From Camelus ferus (taxonomy: Eukaryota): a stretch of 64,000 bases of DNA. Below the pieces are notes generated by a model. The model worked only from the letters and a program-made list of their open reading frames with translations, had not been told where the DNA came from and did no database searches. Made by a program: the position numbers and the translations under genes. Below, piece by piece: positions 28,101 through 41,309 of this stretch. Within the stretch, counting starts at the first letter, position 1. Each line of letters opens with the position of its first letter. Where the stretch lies: assembly GCF_009834535.1 (NCBI RefSeq), contig NC_045696.1, positions 20,648,001 through 20,712,000 of the forward strand, in the 5' to 3' direction.

Positions 28101-29599
28101 ATATTCTTACAGAAAAATGTATAAAACTTTGGCTACTAGGTAAAATTGATTTATTGTAAAACAACAGGTCGAGACTGAGAATCAGGAATCCTGGGTTTGA
28201 ATCTAGCCTTAATCACTACTTACATCACTTACACTCAATTATCATTATTAGAAAAGTAAGAACTCTGAATGAATCATTTTTCTTTAAAGTAAATGCTATG
28301 GTTTCAGAGTTTACAATCTGAGAACTATTTGCATTCTGTAAGTGTTTCAGAAGACTGAAAAGGGTCTGAGAAATAAAGGAATAAATCTCAAATAATTGAG
28401 TTCAGAAACCGTAACAGGCTGCAGGGTATAAATTTTGGGTAGCTGGCCTTCCTGGTGCCCATAAACTAGCACCATATAGATGGTTTCTGAGTCCTGCCTA
28501 CTTATTAAGGTCATTCCTAATAATAAGATGAAGCACGGATCATAAGTTAGCAAAAGCAGTTGCTGGCAGTTGGAAGTCATTTTCAGGGGTGTATTTAATA
28601 GAAACCATTCTTCAGTCCAATCTACTAATGCAATTATGATTGTCTAAAACCTTCTTAGTAAATAGCCAAATAATTTTCCCATTTGACACAAAGGAAAAAT
28701 GAATACTAAGTTTCTATTAAAAAGTCTTTTATATTGAAAAAAAAAAGTGGCACAAATGCCTAGAGAATGTTTCAAACTGTGAAACAACCATCCAGTGTTA
28801 ACTCACAATGTTTCCATTCTCTCTCTTCAAATATTAACAGCACAATCCATCTTTACTGGTAAAATGTATGTCCATTTTGCTTGAATCCCTCAAATTGTAC
28901 ATCCTTTGCTTATAAGAAACAATTGCTATTAATGATTTTACATATAGCCATTCAGGCCTTGTTTTTATATCTAATTACAAAGTGCTTATAAGTAGATTCA
29001 GGCACAGTAGATTCAGAAAATTTGGTATATGATATAGTAGATCTTACAAATAAGTGGGAGAAAAATGGACTCTATGTTAAATCACATTGGGACAATGATC
29101 CAACTTCTGGGATTCTACTATCTAACAGTCATTAATTCAAACTGCATTATAATCATATATTCAAAAACAAAACTTTAAAACTATTGGAAGTTTAAAAAGT
29201 AAGAAAATTAAACAATACAACATTTCTGCATTTGTATTTGAAAATAATTTATTAGACAATTTGTGGAAATGAAAACAACACAAATATTGCTCAATGTGAT
29301 CACCTGAAAATTTAAAACTCAATACAATTTTCAACATTGGTTTTATTAAAAAATCACATATATCGAAAAGAAATGATGGGAAGGAATCATGTAACACTAT
29401 AATCCTTTGAAAATTAATAACATTTTTCCATAGAAAAAAGCTTCTCCCTTTTCATTATGTAGTAGCAAGTACTACAGAATTGGTAAGATTCCTTAATCTC
29501 TCAGTTCTAGCTTCCTTATTACCAAAGTGAATCTGATAACATCAATCTCACCAGTTTGTGCGAGGATTAAATGAGATAATGTGTGCACAGTGTTTGACA

Positions 29600-30328
29600 G
29601 ATCCAGGTTCTCTCCCCTCCAGATGGGTGCAAGGCACTGCTAAGAGCTATAATTTCTGTCTCTGTTTCTTGAACTATCAATACACATTTGCTGTTCCTGT
29701 AGGCTTGTGTCTACTCTCAAGGAGGATGGGCTCCTCGTTAAAAATCACTATGTAATTTTTCAGGCCTGGCCACAGGCAATTACAAAAGGTCTTTTCCTGG
29801 CAGGCCCCAGTTGGGGCAAGCTGCCCTCCGCCTAGTGACTCGATTCACAGCCAATGCCTAACAGTCTTCGAAGGAAGTTGCAGTCTAGGACTCAGACCCC
29901 CTGGCTAATTACAGTGATGCACTTCACAAATCTGCATTCCTAACCCAATCACCTTCATTCCTAGTCTCTTTATCTGAGGTCCTCTTTAGGTGTCTTTCCC
30001 AAGGGCTCCTGGGGTTGCGGGAGAGAAAAGGGAAGGAGGGAAAACTCTTGAAGACTTACTTTTCAGGGACACAGTACTTTTCTACTTCTAGACTTATTCC
30101 CTTGCTTTCCCTGACCTCAGAGTTCATAAAACTGCCACAGCCTTTTGTCTGAAGTGCCCTCGACAGTGAGATAGCCCCGTATCTACGTAGATTTACTTGA
30201 CTCTCAAAGAAATAAGATCACAGTCACAGGTCCCTTGTTAGCTTATTCATGTCTAGTTATCATCTTGATTCATCGCTCTTAGTTTCTCTTTGCACCAGGG
30301 TAAGTTCCAGGCAGCCTGGTATTAGACA
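29600..30328 (+). mobile_element. ERVL-class LTR (MER73/MER74/MER54-like), preceded by a MIR fragment (~29490-29600)
   Basis: GC-richer block with gttcataaaactgccacagccttttgtct...cagtgagatagcccc and terminus ggcagcctggtattagaca. Family assignment from memory. Confidence 0.55.
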
Positions 30329-33300
30329 TGTATATCTATAATAATTTTCTTCTTTCTTGTTAAAAACAGATCAATACGAATGCTTATTCAGAAAATGTGG
30401 TGTGGGGCTCAGGAATCCTCACTGAGGCATCCTGGACACATTTTGAAGGACACTCAACTATCAATAATACCCAGCTATGCCACTGATCATGTCACCCAGA
30501 GCTTTCTACAATGGCTAGACAAAGTCAAGTTACTATACCAGTCCACCAATAAAGAGCAAACCAGTCACCACAGAATAGGCAGAGCAAAGACAGTGCGAGA
30601 CAAACACGGAGCAAATACAGTGAAGGAAAACCACAGTATGACTTTTCTAAACTAAGATGCTAAAGGTAGAGGAAACTGGTCTCCTCACGTTTATCCCACT
30701 CTTTCTTGTACACAATGATTTTAATTTCTTGTCTCGTCTTTTCAAAGAGATATCAAGACAATGTTAATTCCAATTATGGAAAAACTAGCATTGTTTACTT
30801 TCACAGTATAACTCTCAATCAACTGAACTTATTATCCAATATGTAGTAAATAACATCATGAATGTGATAGGAATTTTAACTGTAATGTTCTAAACATTAG
30901 TAATATTATAACTACTGTTGTCATTTGCCATCTATGTAACTGTTTGCTATTGTTTACTTCAGAGGAGTACTCATAATAAGGAACTGAACTGCATTTAAAT
31001 ATTTATGTTTATTAACTAATGTTTTAAACACGTTGCAGAATAGCAATCTATTTATACTATACTGTACTTTATTATCCATATTCAGACACAACTCTGCAGT
31101 AATTGAGATGCCACTCTTACCTCTACATTCTGATATCAACAGCACTGCAATTTAAGAGAATAATATAAGCACATAAATATACAAATTACCACGAATAGCA
31201 TCTAATACTCATTCTTAGCAATAATACTAATACCACCACTAATAATCCACAGAAGGCTGAAGGTGAAAGAGAGGCGTATTTGCCAATCTAGGACAAGCTA
31301 CTTAGATTTTCAAAGTTCCTACTGATTTAATATAAATCTACCAATACCTGATATTTGGACCAATAATTTTTTATGCATCCTAAAATTGATTAGCAACATT
31401 TGAAAGGGGTAATGTTAAAGATTTAAAGACATGCCAATGGAAACCCTGCAGAGAGTTGTGCCTTTCTCAAGAATGAGTAGGATGACTGTTTTATTATACA
31501 ACAGTTTTGTGTCACATCTCTCACCTATTTACACAAGGAAATGAAAAGAAAAGAGCAACTCTAATAATATTTTTAAACATTGACAAAATAAATTATTTTT
31601 CTTGAGATAAATCTCACAGAATTTATAAAGTTTGCTTAAGAGAACAGAATCAACAAACAGTACAATATGAACAGTAATACATAAAACAAACCTGTTAGCT
31701 ACAAAACTGGTAACTCGTGTTTGGTTTCTTAGAGACTTACACATTTCAAAGTCATATTTTGTCTTAGAAGATACGACCAAATATATTTTCACAAGTAGCA
31801 AGTTTATACCACAGACTATTGTGAAGACATGTAGAAAGGCTTAATAATTTTAGGCAAATCACATGAATTAATTCTATTCTATTTTATTATATTAATTTAA
31901 AATCAACACATGGTTTTGTCTTAAGTTGTGAAGGTTCTCTGTGTTTCTACATTCCCTTTTCTTTTCAGTTGGAATTTTAATGAATTCAAATAAACCATTT
32001 GTAGGCAGACATAGCAGCTTAAAAATCTCTGGAAGTTTCATAATTAAAGGCTGTTTGTATCTCCTGCAAGCTCTTTTCTACGGCCACTGACAATTGCTCA
32101 GAAGGTTGATTGGGACAAAACAGGAGTCTTGAGAATCCTCGTTTATGGCAGAGGTAGACAGTGCCAGCCAGACTGTGAGCGTGAGATTCTAAAGAAAGCT
32201 GTCTGAAATCCAAGCCCTGCATAAATACAGGTCTTAGCAGAACTGCACTAAGCTATTTCTTAAAAATAGCAAAGAATTATTCCTTATCTAATATGATAAA
32301 AAGAGCTGGGCACTTCCAATGAGAAAGGAGTATGTTTCCCACCTGAGACATTCTTTTTTTTTTTTTTTCCTCTTTTCTTAGAATGTTTCTAAAAATATGA
32401 CCTGGATAACTAGGTGCATAGTTCCCCCAGAGACTATCAATTATTCTAGGAAGAAACATAGCGATAGACAGTAGAACTAGGAAAATAAAGAAAACTTGCA
32501 TTCAGTATAAACTTACCTTTTAATAGTAACAAACATTACCACAAAGGAATAAAAATAATATTCTCTTAACTTATCAGATTTGCCCTCCAGCTATTGTGTT
32601 TGAATCCCCAGTTTATCGGTGGAGTATAGGGTAAATGTTACTCTCTGATGTCACTATCAGACTTTGGAAACTGCTTTTTACTTCTGTGAGGTGCTGATTC
32701 TTACATGCACAATATAGACAAATAACTTTTTTTTCAGAGAGATATTAGATACAAATGTGCAAATATGTTCATTTCTCATGGAATAAATTACAAATACACA
32801 GCTATTAGATTTCTTCATGCCTGAATGGACTTCGCAAGTCCCTCTTGGAAATGATTTTCTTAGTCTGGAAGCCCCAGCACTAGTCTAGCAGAGATGTGGA
32901 TTCACCACTATCTGTAGTTTCAATAAAAATCACCAGATGATAGGTGTGCCTTGCTAAACGTGCAACTGACCAATCAACTAAATTACTAATAGTTTTTAAA
33001 TTAGACTGTCATATAAGTAATGGGAAATACACCAAATTTCAAGCCATGAAGCAGTAATTCTTAATGTTTTGCGGTATATATATTCAATGTGAGAATGATG
33101 AAACTATAAACTTCCTATGAAAAAATGTGCTTTCCTATATTTGTGGACGATTTGTCTTTAAATTCCAATATCAAGACACCTCTGAAGGCGACCTACCGAC
33201 AATAATAACAAATAATCCTCCTGCACAGATGTAGCAGACACATAGCCTCGTATCTATTCCAGGTTCCATTACTGAAATGGAAACCAGAGTAAGTCTTTTT

Positions 33301-34317
33301 TCTAATTCTTTTAAACTGGTCACATTTAAATGAGGGTCTGTTACATGCTATGCTCACAGAAGTACTATGAAATGCTAAAAATCATAAAAAGCTTAAAGAA
33401 CTTTAGAAAGTATCATTCTAACCTTTGATATAATTCGTTAGACTTTTACTTCTCTAGAGTCCACTGTGTTCTCTGTTATAGTAGCTAAATTATACTGTGG
33501 AAACAAATAACCCCCAAAGCTTACAGTACCTTGATTCAATGTAACTTAATAGAAGAGCATACACATTTGAAACAGAAGTACTCAATTCCAGTGTTTCATT
33601 TTCTTTGAATTTCACTTAAAAATATTTTTACCTACTAGAATAAACTAATTCCACCACTCCCAACCACTTTATATTCCTTATAATCTCAACGTATCGCTCT
33701 TGTTGCTTTCTTAACTGGGATGACACAAATTTGCACCTAAAGGGAACTTGTTTTTGACTGCACGTTATAGCACTAAAAAGAAGAGAACACATACCTGGAG
33801 AACCTGAGAAGATATCCTAAAGTGGCTTTTCAATAATGAAAACACTATTTGAAGCATAATGTCTTTTTTTAAAGCAAAGTGATAGACTTGTTAAAAGTTG
33901 AAGGATTCCATCCGCAAACTTTACACTGTTCTCTCACGACTTGGGCATATGGAAACTTTCTCTGTGCCAGAGGTTTTCAATGCGGGAAGACGGGAATGAT
34001 AACATTATGAAACTCACAGAACTGTTGTAAAATGTTAATTAAAAAATGTATATGTGCATGTGTGCATGTATCACTTAATAAATTTAGTCACTGTAATCAT
34101 TTATAAATAAGTGAATTATTATTAAATTAGTGTACATTTGCTATAAACACAAACATGATTATTTCAGTATTAAATATATTAAAGTCAACAGTAATTTACC
34201 TAAATGATCTCCCAAAAGTGAAATTTATGTCTCATCAAGTATGGGGGACACAAAGCCCCATACTTAACAGAACTTTAAGCATGCTCTGGTATAACTAAAA
34301 CAATCTTACATAATATG

Positions 34318-34690
34318 TGTTGAAATAACTTCTTAGGCTCCAGATGGAGCCACTCCTGCCCAGCATGCCACATCAGCAAACTAAAACTTAGACAACTTCC
34401 CCATCCCTGCAAAAGCTCCATTTGCCCAAAAATGCAGTATATACAGCCAGCCAGTCCCCAAACAAACAAGTCAGCTCTGAGCCTTTTCATCCCAAACAAG
34501 GTTGACTATGTGGCCCCAGCCAATCAGATATTTTCAGCTTGTCTCTTCCTTGCTCTTTATTCTTTATCCTATAAAAGCTTCCTGTCTTCTGCCTCACTTT
34601 GCAGTTTTCTGAAAGGAGACTGTCCACGTCATATAGTGTTAAAATGTATTCGTATCACCTGAATTGTCTTCTTTAATCATTTTTTAATCA
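34318..34690 (+). mobile_element. ERV1-class 5' LTR
   Basis: TG...CA ends, CCAAT box at 34520-34524, TATAAAA at 34570-34576, and immediately followed by a PBS-like sequence. Confidence 0.75.
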
Positions 34691-34694
34691 CTTT

Positions 34695-34712
34695 CGGTGA
34701 TGAGGATGAGAC
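34695..34712 (+). other. Decayed primer-binding site, tRNA-Ser(GCU) type
   Basis: CGGTGATGAGGATGAGAC versus TGGCGACGAGGATGGGAT (complement of the tRNA-Ser-GCU 3' end, recalled): 13/18 match, all mismatches are transitions, two at CpG sites. Lies 4 bp after the LTR CA. Confidence 0.65.
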
Positions 34713-35437
34713 CCAAAGCTGACTAGCAGCTTGTGGGACGACGAGATGCACAGGTGAGGCATCTGTTCATCCTTTGGGCTCACTGTTCCTCTCACATTAC
34801 CGAGGGCTGTGGGTAGGTCACTCTGAGACCTGACCTCTGCTTACTTGCATGTAACTCTCTAATCGAAACAAACTTTACTTGAAATCAACCCATCAATCAA
34901 TCAATCAATCAATACATTTAAATATACAAATATAAATAAATAAGCAAATTTATTTATTTGTATATTTATTTCCCTAGAAGGGTTCTAGGATCCCAGAGAA
35001 GTTCCAGGATAGTTATATTGGGAGGATGCAATGAGTGGCAGCCATTAGGGAACTCACAAAGCCTTAAGGTAAGTCCATAGCATAAGCCACTAGGGGACTT
35101 GAAATGCCATGAGGACATCCACCACTAAGAAGAAATCTTCTCATGAAAGGAATAACACATCTATTGTTAATGGGAATCTTGGAAGCCAGAGCCATATTGA
35201 AGGGCAGGGATCAAGCACTTAAAAGCTGTTAGAGCTCTTGCCACCTAATGCTAAGACTCCCATGCTGGAATAAGTTGGTCAAGGAGCAGGTTAGTTTCAC
35301 TTTCAGTTTCCTGCCAAACTCAAGAAAGCGTACATGCAATGAGGTACAATGTGAAACACCACAAAGTCCCCAACCCAGTGCTATATTCCTCTTAGGTATT
35401 CACTTGACTCCAAGAAACCCAAAGCTTAGCTAAAGAA

Positions 35438-35830
35438 ATGGAATCCTCATGTTTCAAAGAACTGAGTGCACCACCTTCTGGAACACTTGCTTATGTTTAA
35501 AAACTATGGTATAAAAGCTGTAAATATCTATAAAAACGGCAAAATCTTACTAAAACAACCTAGAATTTCAATATCCATTATGGGAATGTTCCAATTAGAC
35601 AAAAGTTTCATTTAAGAAGTACACTTAAAAGCAAGGGCTTCCAAATCAAACAAACAGAACGGGATACCTATTTTAATTGGCATGCAGAAGCCTCCAGAAG
35701 GCTTCAAGAATCCAAAATAGCTTCACTGAATGATTATTTGTAAAAGACTAATAAAAAATTAAATGCACAGGAGGTACCTAAAGTAAAAGACTATAAAACT
35801 GATGTAACTATTCCTACTCTATTCTCTAAG
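35438..35830 (+). pseudogene. gag: Disrupted ERV1 (MER4-group-like) gag N-terminus
   Basis: Frame-hopping translation from ATG 35438: MESSCFKELSAPPSGTLAY / MFKNYG / SCKYL*KRQNLTK / NLEFQYPLWE / FQLDK / FHLRSTLKSKGFQIKQTERDTYFNWHAEASRRLQESKIASL. It resembles MER4-group gag matrix-like sequence and carries several frameshifts and stops. Confidence 0.7.
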
Positions 35831-38299
35831 ATAACTGTGTCTAGCCAGGAGCGATTAACAGAGTTTTACAGGTACTAAAATAGTTTATATTTATTAAATG
35901 CATACAAAGACATTATTTAAGAAAGCCTAATAACCTCAAAGTTATCAGGGTCTGATATTTATACCAGATTTGATGTGTTAACTCTTTTTACCTCATTAGC
36001 AAGTGTTTTTATAAAGTTATAAAACTCACATTGTTAATACTTCATTTTTAAAAATAAAATTCATGGATTATACAATAAAAATTCTTACTTTGCTTACATA
36101 AATACGAGATAAATTAATATTGTTTTTCAACTTTTGTTTTTTTATACTTATGGAAACTTCCTCATGTTGGTACATACAGATTTTACATAACATTTCTAGT
36201 TTTCTGATCTTTACCCCACACCTACTCTAATAAGGGAATAATTTGTAGTGATTTTAAACAGTTTATTCCCTACACCATGTCGAAAGTAATCATACAAGTT
36301 GCACTCAGTGAATTCAAGGTTTTTTTCCCCTAAATATGCATTTCCATTTTTTTTTTTTTCAGACAGGCCAATTCAGCTTTGTTTTGTTTGTTTTTTCTTT
36401 AATCAGTTGCTTTGATTTTAAAACTGTAACAAATGTGTGTGGCAGGAGAGTATATCCTGAAACATTAACAGTTATCCTTCTCCAGAATTTAGTTGTCTTG
36501 TTTGATCTTTGTTAGGCTATTCTGAGCATCCTTTCTCAGAGAAATATGACAGCAGAAATTAGAGAGAGAAAAAAACCAGGTACAGCTAGGATTTTACTCT
36601 CCAGGTCTAGATTCTTTCAGAATAACAACAAAAACCTTTACCAAAGATGTAGAAAGGTGTGACCCATAAGAGCAAGGTCTCCCTGTGTATCTCCTCCTCC
36701 ACCTCACCAGCACCTCCACACCTCAGGGGAAAAGGGTGATTCAGAGTAGTGGATTGGGGAAGATGGACAGAGATGATATGTAGACATGTGGCCTTACAGA
36801 GATGGGAGTTTCCTGAACCACATCCTGACCTGAGTGATCAGAATAAATAAACCCCATGTCCTCCAGAGGGGCAGGGACAACTGAAAACCTATCAGATTAA
36901 AAAAGTAATGCAATGGAGTCCAAGGCTATGCTGACCCTAAAAAAGAGCTCTGGGCTCTTTTTTGAAAAATAGGATGAGTGATGTTAGGCAAATTAAAATT
37001 TCATTACTCCAGTAAAATGAGGACTTGAAATAGTAATAACTTTTTTTTAAAGACAAAGAAAATTATGCTTCTTATTCTCTAGGCTTTAGGACTAAGGTTT
37101 TTCCTATTATACAAGTAAATTAATCTGCTTCTTCTAAGTAAACTTGAAACTATGTTATTTGTATCATTTATTTAAGTTGTATAAGCCTAAGTATTATGCC
37201 ATTCTGACAATAGCTCAATCTGTTCATGGAGGCACAGTTAATTGAGTTTAGCAAGTTTGTAACTAATCAGGAACAGCATCTTTGTAAGAGGCACTACAGT
37301 ACTGAAAAGAGAAGAGTCTTAGAGTAAGAAGAAAAATAATGGTGAAGAAGATCTGTGGATTCAGACCACAACAAAAGAATGTTCTTTTTCTCCTACTTAA
37401 GAAAATAAATTTAAATTAGGAAATTGGGTTTAAGTGCCAATAAATGCAACAGCCTGTTTATTTTTTCTAGGTTTGATTTTGAATATTTGGAATAGAATTA
37501 TCTTGTGTCTTAATTTTATAAAATAACCCTTTATCATATTTACTGGCATGTAATGCATGCCTAAGCCAGACACAAAATTTTCTAAAAGATTTTGTATAAT
37601 TTCTACTTACAAAATCTCTCATAGAAAATGATGATGAAGATAATACCCTTATAGACAGTTAACCAGTCAATTATCAATGTGAACTTAAACTAGCAACTTG
37701 TTAAATATGTCTTCTGTTTTGATTTACTGCTAGGTCTAACAGTGCAGAATGACTAACTATATGGTTTTTATAAGCCAATGAATGGCCCATCCATTTTAAG
37801 CCTAAATTCCTGTCATCCACTTGGACTATTCTGTCTCATCCCCTCTGAACAAATGCAACTGCTGAGAATACAAAGTACATGCTGCTTTTATGTCATAACA
37901 AAGTTCTTTGCTGCTGAACCAGGAATCTCATGTCTTTTCTCCAAATCCATTGAGTCTTGGCCGGCTAACTTGTAGCAGAAGATGTCAGATGCTTAAAATT
38001 TCTTGACATTGCATACATCCATTTCATTTAATACAAATGCTTTCATTTTTCTCTGAGGAACACTCTATCATTTTGTCTAAAACATTCTTCAAGTGAAAAT
38101 ATTCTACCCAGCTAAACAGAGAAACTATATTTCAGCTGTATTTCGGGTATTGGATTTTATTTAACATAGAGGTTAAATTAATGGAAGAATTATGACATAA
38201 TTTGAACTATTGAAAATGAGTTTTACAACTTTTGTTCAAATACTTTTGCAAGTATATAATTGTTTCTATTAGATCTTTATTAATTGTGACTATTATGAG

Positions 38300-38460
38300 A
38301 CATCTTAATCTCCTGTGCATCTATTCCTTTAGCTATAAAATAAGGATAATATTAGTTTCTACTTCATGGAATAACTGCAAAGATTAAATGAGTTAATTCA
38401 TGTAAATTCCTTACAAGATTTCCTGGCACGCTGAAAGCATTCAAAGATTGAATATTACAA
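38300..38460 (+). mobile_element. MIR SINE
   Basis: ctataaaataaggataat...aaagattaaatgagttaattcatgtaaa...cctggcac. Confidence 0.7.
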
Positions 38461-38889
38461 ATGTAATTGTACTTCTGAGAATATAAGCCAAGAGTAGTTG
38501 GCTGCCACCATGATACCACATGGATCTTGATAATGAATCCGAAATAGAATAGAATTAGAGAAGAATTTGTCCTGGAGAAATTATGTAAATCTCAAATTTC
38601 ACTTTTGCTTGAAGCTCATGGATTGTGAGTTATGTATACCAATAAATTCCACCTATTTTTTTCCAAAGTACTTTTGGCTTAGATTTTCTGTTACTTGAAT
38701 CCAAAAAAAAAAAATTATTACTGAGGCACAAAATAAAAATAACCCTTCTTACAATTCAGAATAAACTGAGTAAAAGCAGGGTGAATGGAAATAAAAACCT
38801 CTGTACCCTGGTCTGGAAAAGTGAAACATACTTAACTTCTTGATTTATATTTTAGCCCTTATATCATTTATCATTAACGTAGCAAAACC

Positions 38890-39300
38890 TATTTGGTTTA
38901 CAATGACACTTATTTCTTCATATTACAGATTGATGATCAAAAATGAGCTTCAGCTCTGCTTAGCTCAAATTATCTCAGATCATCTCCATTCCAAGATTCA
39001 AGCTGAAGAAGCAGCCCTTATGAGGAACATGCCCTCTCTTTGTAGCAAAGGGAAAGAGGCTGAGAGGATGAGTTGAACTATGCAGTCCTAGTGAAATCTG
39101 CTCTGATGTGGCATATAACATAACTATGGTATAAAGCTTAATGGCTCAAATCTCATGGGCTCAGTCATCAAGAATGAGATGTCACCAGTTGGTCAGTGGA
39201 GCGTAATTATTCACCAAAAGCCCAGCAAGCCTTTTGTAGGTGGTGGCGTGTATGATCCCCTAGCGAGGAACAGGGAATGAATGTCTGAGCTCCATAATAT
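38890..39300 (-). mobile_element. Old MaLR LTR (MLT1J/K-like)
   Basis: cttatttct...cagctctgct...tccattccaagattcaagctgaagaagcagcccttatgaggaacatgcc pattern. Confidence 0.5.
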
Positions 39301-39747
39301 CTGGAACATTAAAGTACTTACTAGGAAAAAAAAAAAGACTTTGGCTATAATGTTTTTTACTTTCAGTTTCAGTTACATTATATTAGAAAGATACCATATT
39401 AGACTTAAGCTACCCTACTTAGAAATAGATGAGTTTGGTATGAAGCCCTTTCTACCTACCACCTGCAACTTAAAATGGATGAGAGAATGATTTTCTAGAT
39501 GGAGTTTAGCGTAAATTGTAACAGAGAAATAAAACTAGAGATAGATGGAAACAAGAAGACATTTTTCCTTTTTTTGTGATCTGAAGCTTCTCTTTCAAAC
39601 TCACTGTCTATGCTGAAAAAGTAACACTTTTCTGTTCTAAAGAGGCAGCTATGAGGCAAGGGCCAGATTGAATTTGTTTCCCCAGAGTCATTTTTATGAA
39701 TTATCCAGAGATAAAGGCCAGGTGAGACCTTGTAGAATGATTCATCT

Positions 39748-40008
39748 AATAGCTAATGGTTATTGGGCATTTAATATTTGTTAGGCAGTGTATTGTTCTA
39801 AACACTTCCTATGCATTAAATAATTTATTTAGGACTGCAACTTCATAAGATAGCTACTATTAATATCCTCCTTGTGTGGATAAGGAAAATTAGATACAGC
39901 TTGTTTCAATGACTTGTTCAGACGTACCCAGCTGGTAGATGGTGGCACTGATATTTAAGCCTACAGGCTGGCTCCTAATCTAAGTTATTAACCAGTGAAT
40001 ATACTACT
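39748..40008 (-). mobile_element. Near full-length MIR SINE
   Basis: atagctaatggttattgggcattt...aggcagtgtattgttctaaacactt...gataaggaaaatt...aatgacttgttcag...cagctggtagatggtggcactgatattt...ttaaccagtgaatatact. Confidence 0.75.
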
Positions 40009-40045
40009 GTCTTTCAGGATGAAGAAATTATCAACGACTCACCAC

Positions 40046-40577
40046 TGGGGTAGGGAAATTTCAACTTCTACCTTTCTTGAGTTCCTGTGACTGGACTAAT
40101 AAGAAAATTGACACAAGAAAGACTAACAGGAAGAAAAAGAAACCAATTTAAATTCATAGGCATGGAGGTGTCTGAGAAATGGGACCTAAGAAGTGGCCAA
40201 AGCAGGCAGCTTTTATCCTTTCTACACAAAGAAACAATAAATGTGTGAGAAATTGACATGACAAAGAAATTTCAGGGACTCAGTGCAATGAGTGATGAAT
40301 CTAAACAGAATTTGGGCTTGAGGTAGTAAATTAAAGAAGTAATAGCTTTGTTTAAATAGGCTGCCTGGTCCCTAATTCCCTACCTCTGGCAATAAGGGTG
40401 CCTACCTCCAGGTGCAGGGAGTGCCTTTCACATGAGAGACTGATTTCCTGCCTTCAGGGAGACAGAAAGGAGGGTCAGGGTCTTTTTACATTGGCAGTTT
40501 CTCAAGTAACTTTAATTCAAAATAATCAATATGCCATTGAGGCATATTCTGGGGGCAGCCTACCCCAGGCCCCAACA
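40046..40577 (-). mobile_element. ERV1 solo LTR (MER34/MER39-like)
   Basis: Minus strand begins TGTTGGGGCCTGGGGTAGGCTGCCCCCAGAATATGCCTCAATGGCATATTGATTATTTTGAATTAAAG and ends ...AAATTTCCCTACCCCA; TG...CA termini. Confidence 0.8.
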
Positions 40578-41309
40578 TTACTATGTTTCTGAAATCCTCA
40601 AAAAGGATCTAGATTCAAATATTATGCTATTACGTTATAAGAAATTTTGGAAACACTTTATTCCCCCATGCTTCCTTCACAGGAGATAAGAAGGCCCACA
40701 TGTTTCCCCAGTACCTACCTCTGGGCTTCATATTGTGTTCAGCAGGATTCAAGGGAGCTAGAGGTGACCCTCCTCTAACCTGCCCACCTTCATGTGCAGG
40801 AGTCAGGAGGCTGTTAGTGAGCTGTTCTCAGACCAAACTCTCTCCTCCACGCTCTTCCCAGTGGGAACAGAGAAGGCTCTGGAACTCAGTCTGCTTCTGG
40901 ACAAGCCCCTTCCTCCACTTCTTATTCTCAAAGACTCTTCCTCGAGCACCACTACTCTAGCACCATCAGGAATGTCTGCAATATTCTCTCAATTCCTGCT
41001 TCTTGTGGTCATGAGAAGTGTACAAGTTTATACAGAGAGAGCTGGATAGACAGATTGCCAACACATAGTTGTCTATACTATGAGTTACATATGTATTTTT
41101 AAAATGTAAATATATAAATATATACATATATTTTAACCTCTGGGCTGGTTCAATACCTTAAAAGTGAGCTCTGGAACTCATAGTCAGTCTCTAATAAAAT
41201 CCTCTTGCCTCTTAACCCTCCAGTGTTTTCTTCCATTTCTATTTTCCCTATGAAATTAAACTCCTTAAATAATTGCTGATCTCAATTCTTTTCTACTATT
41301 TTCTTTTAA

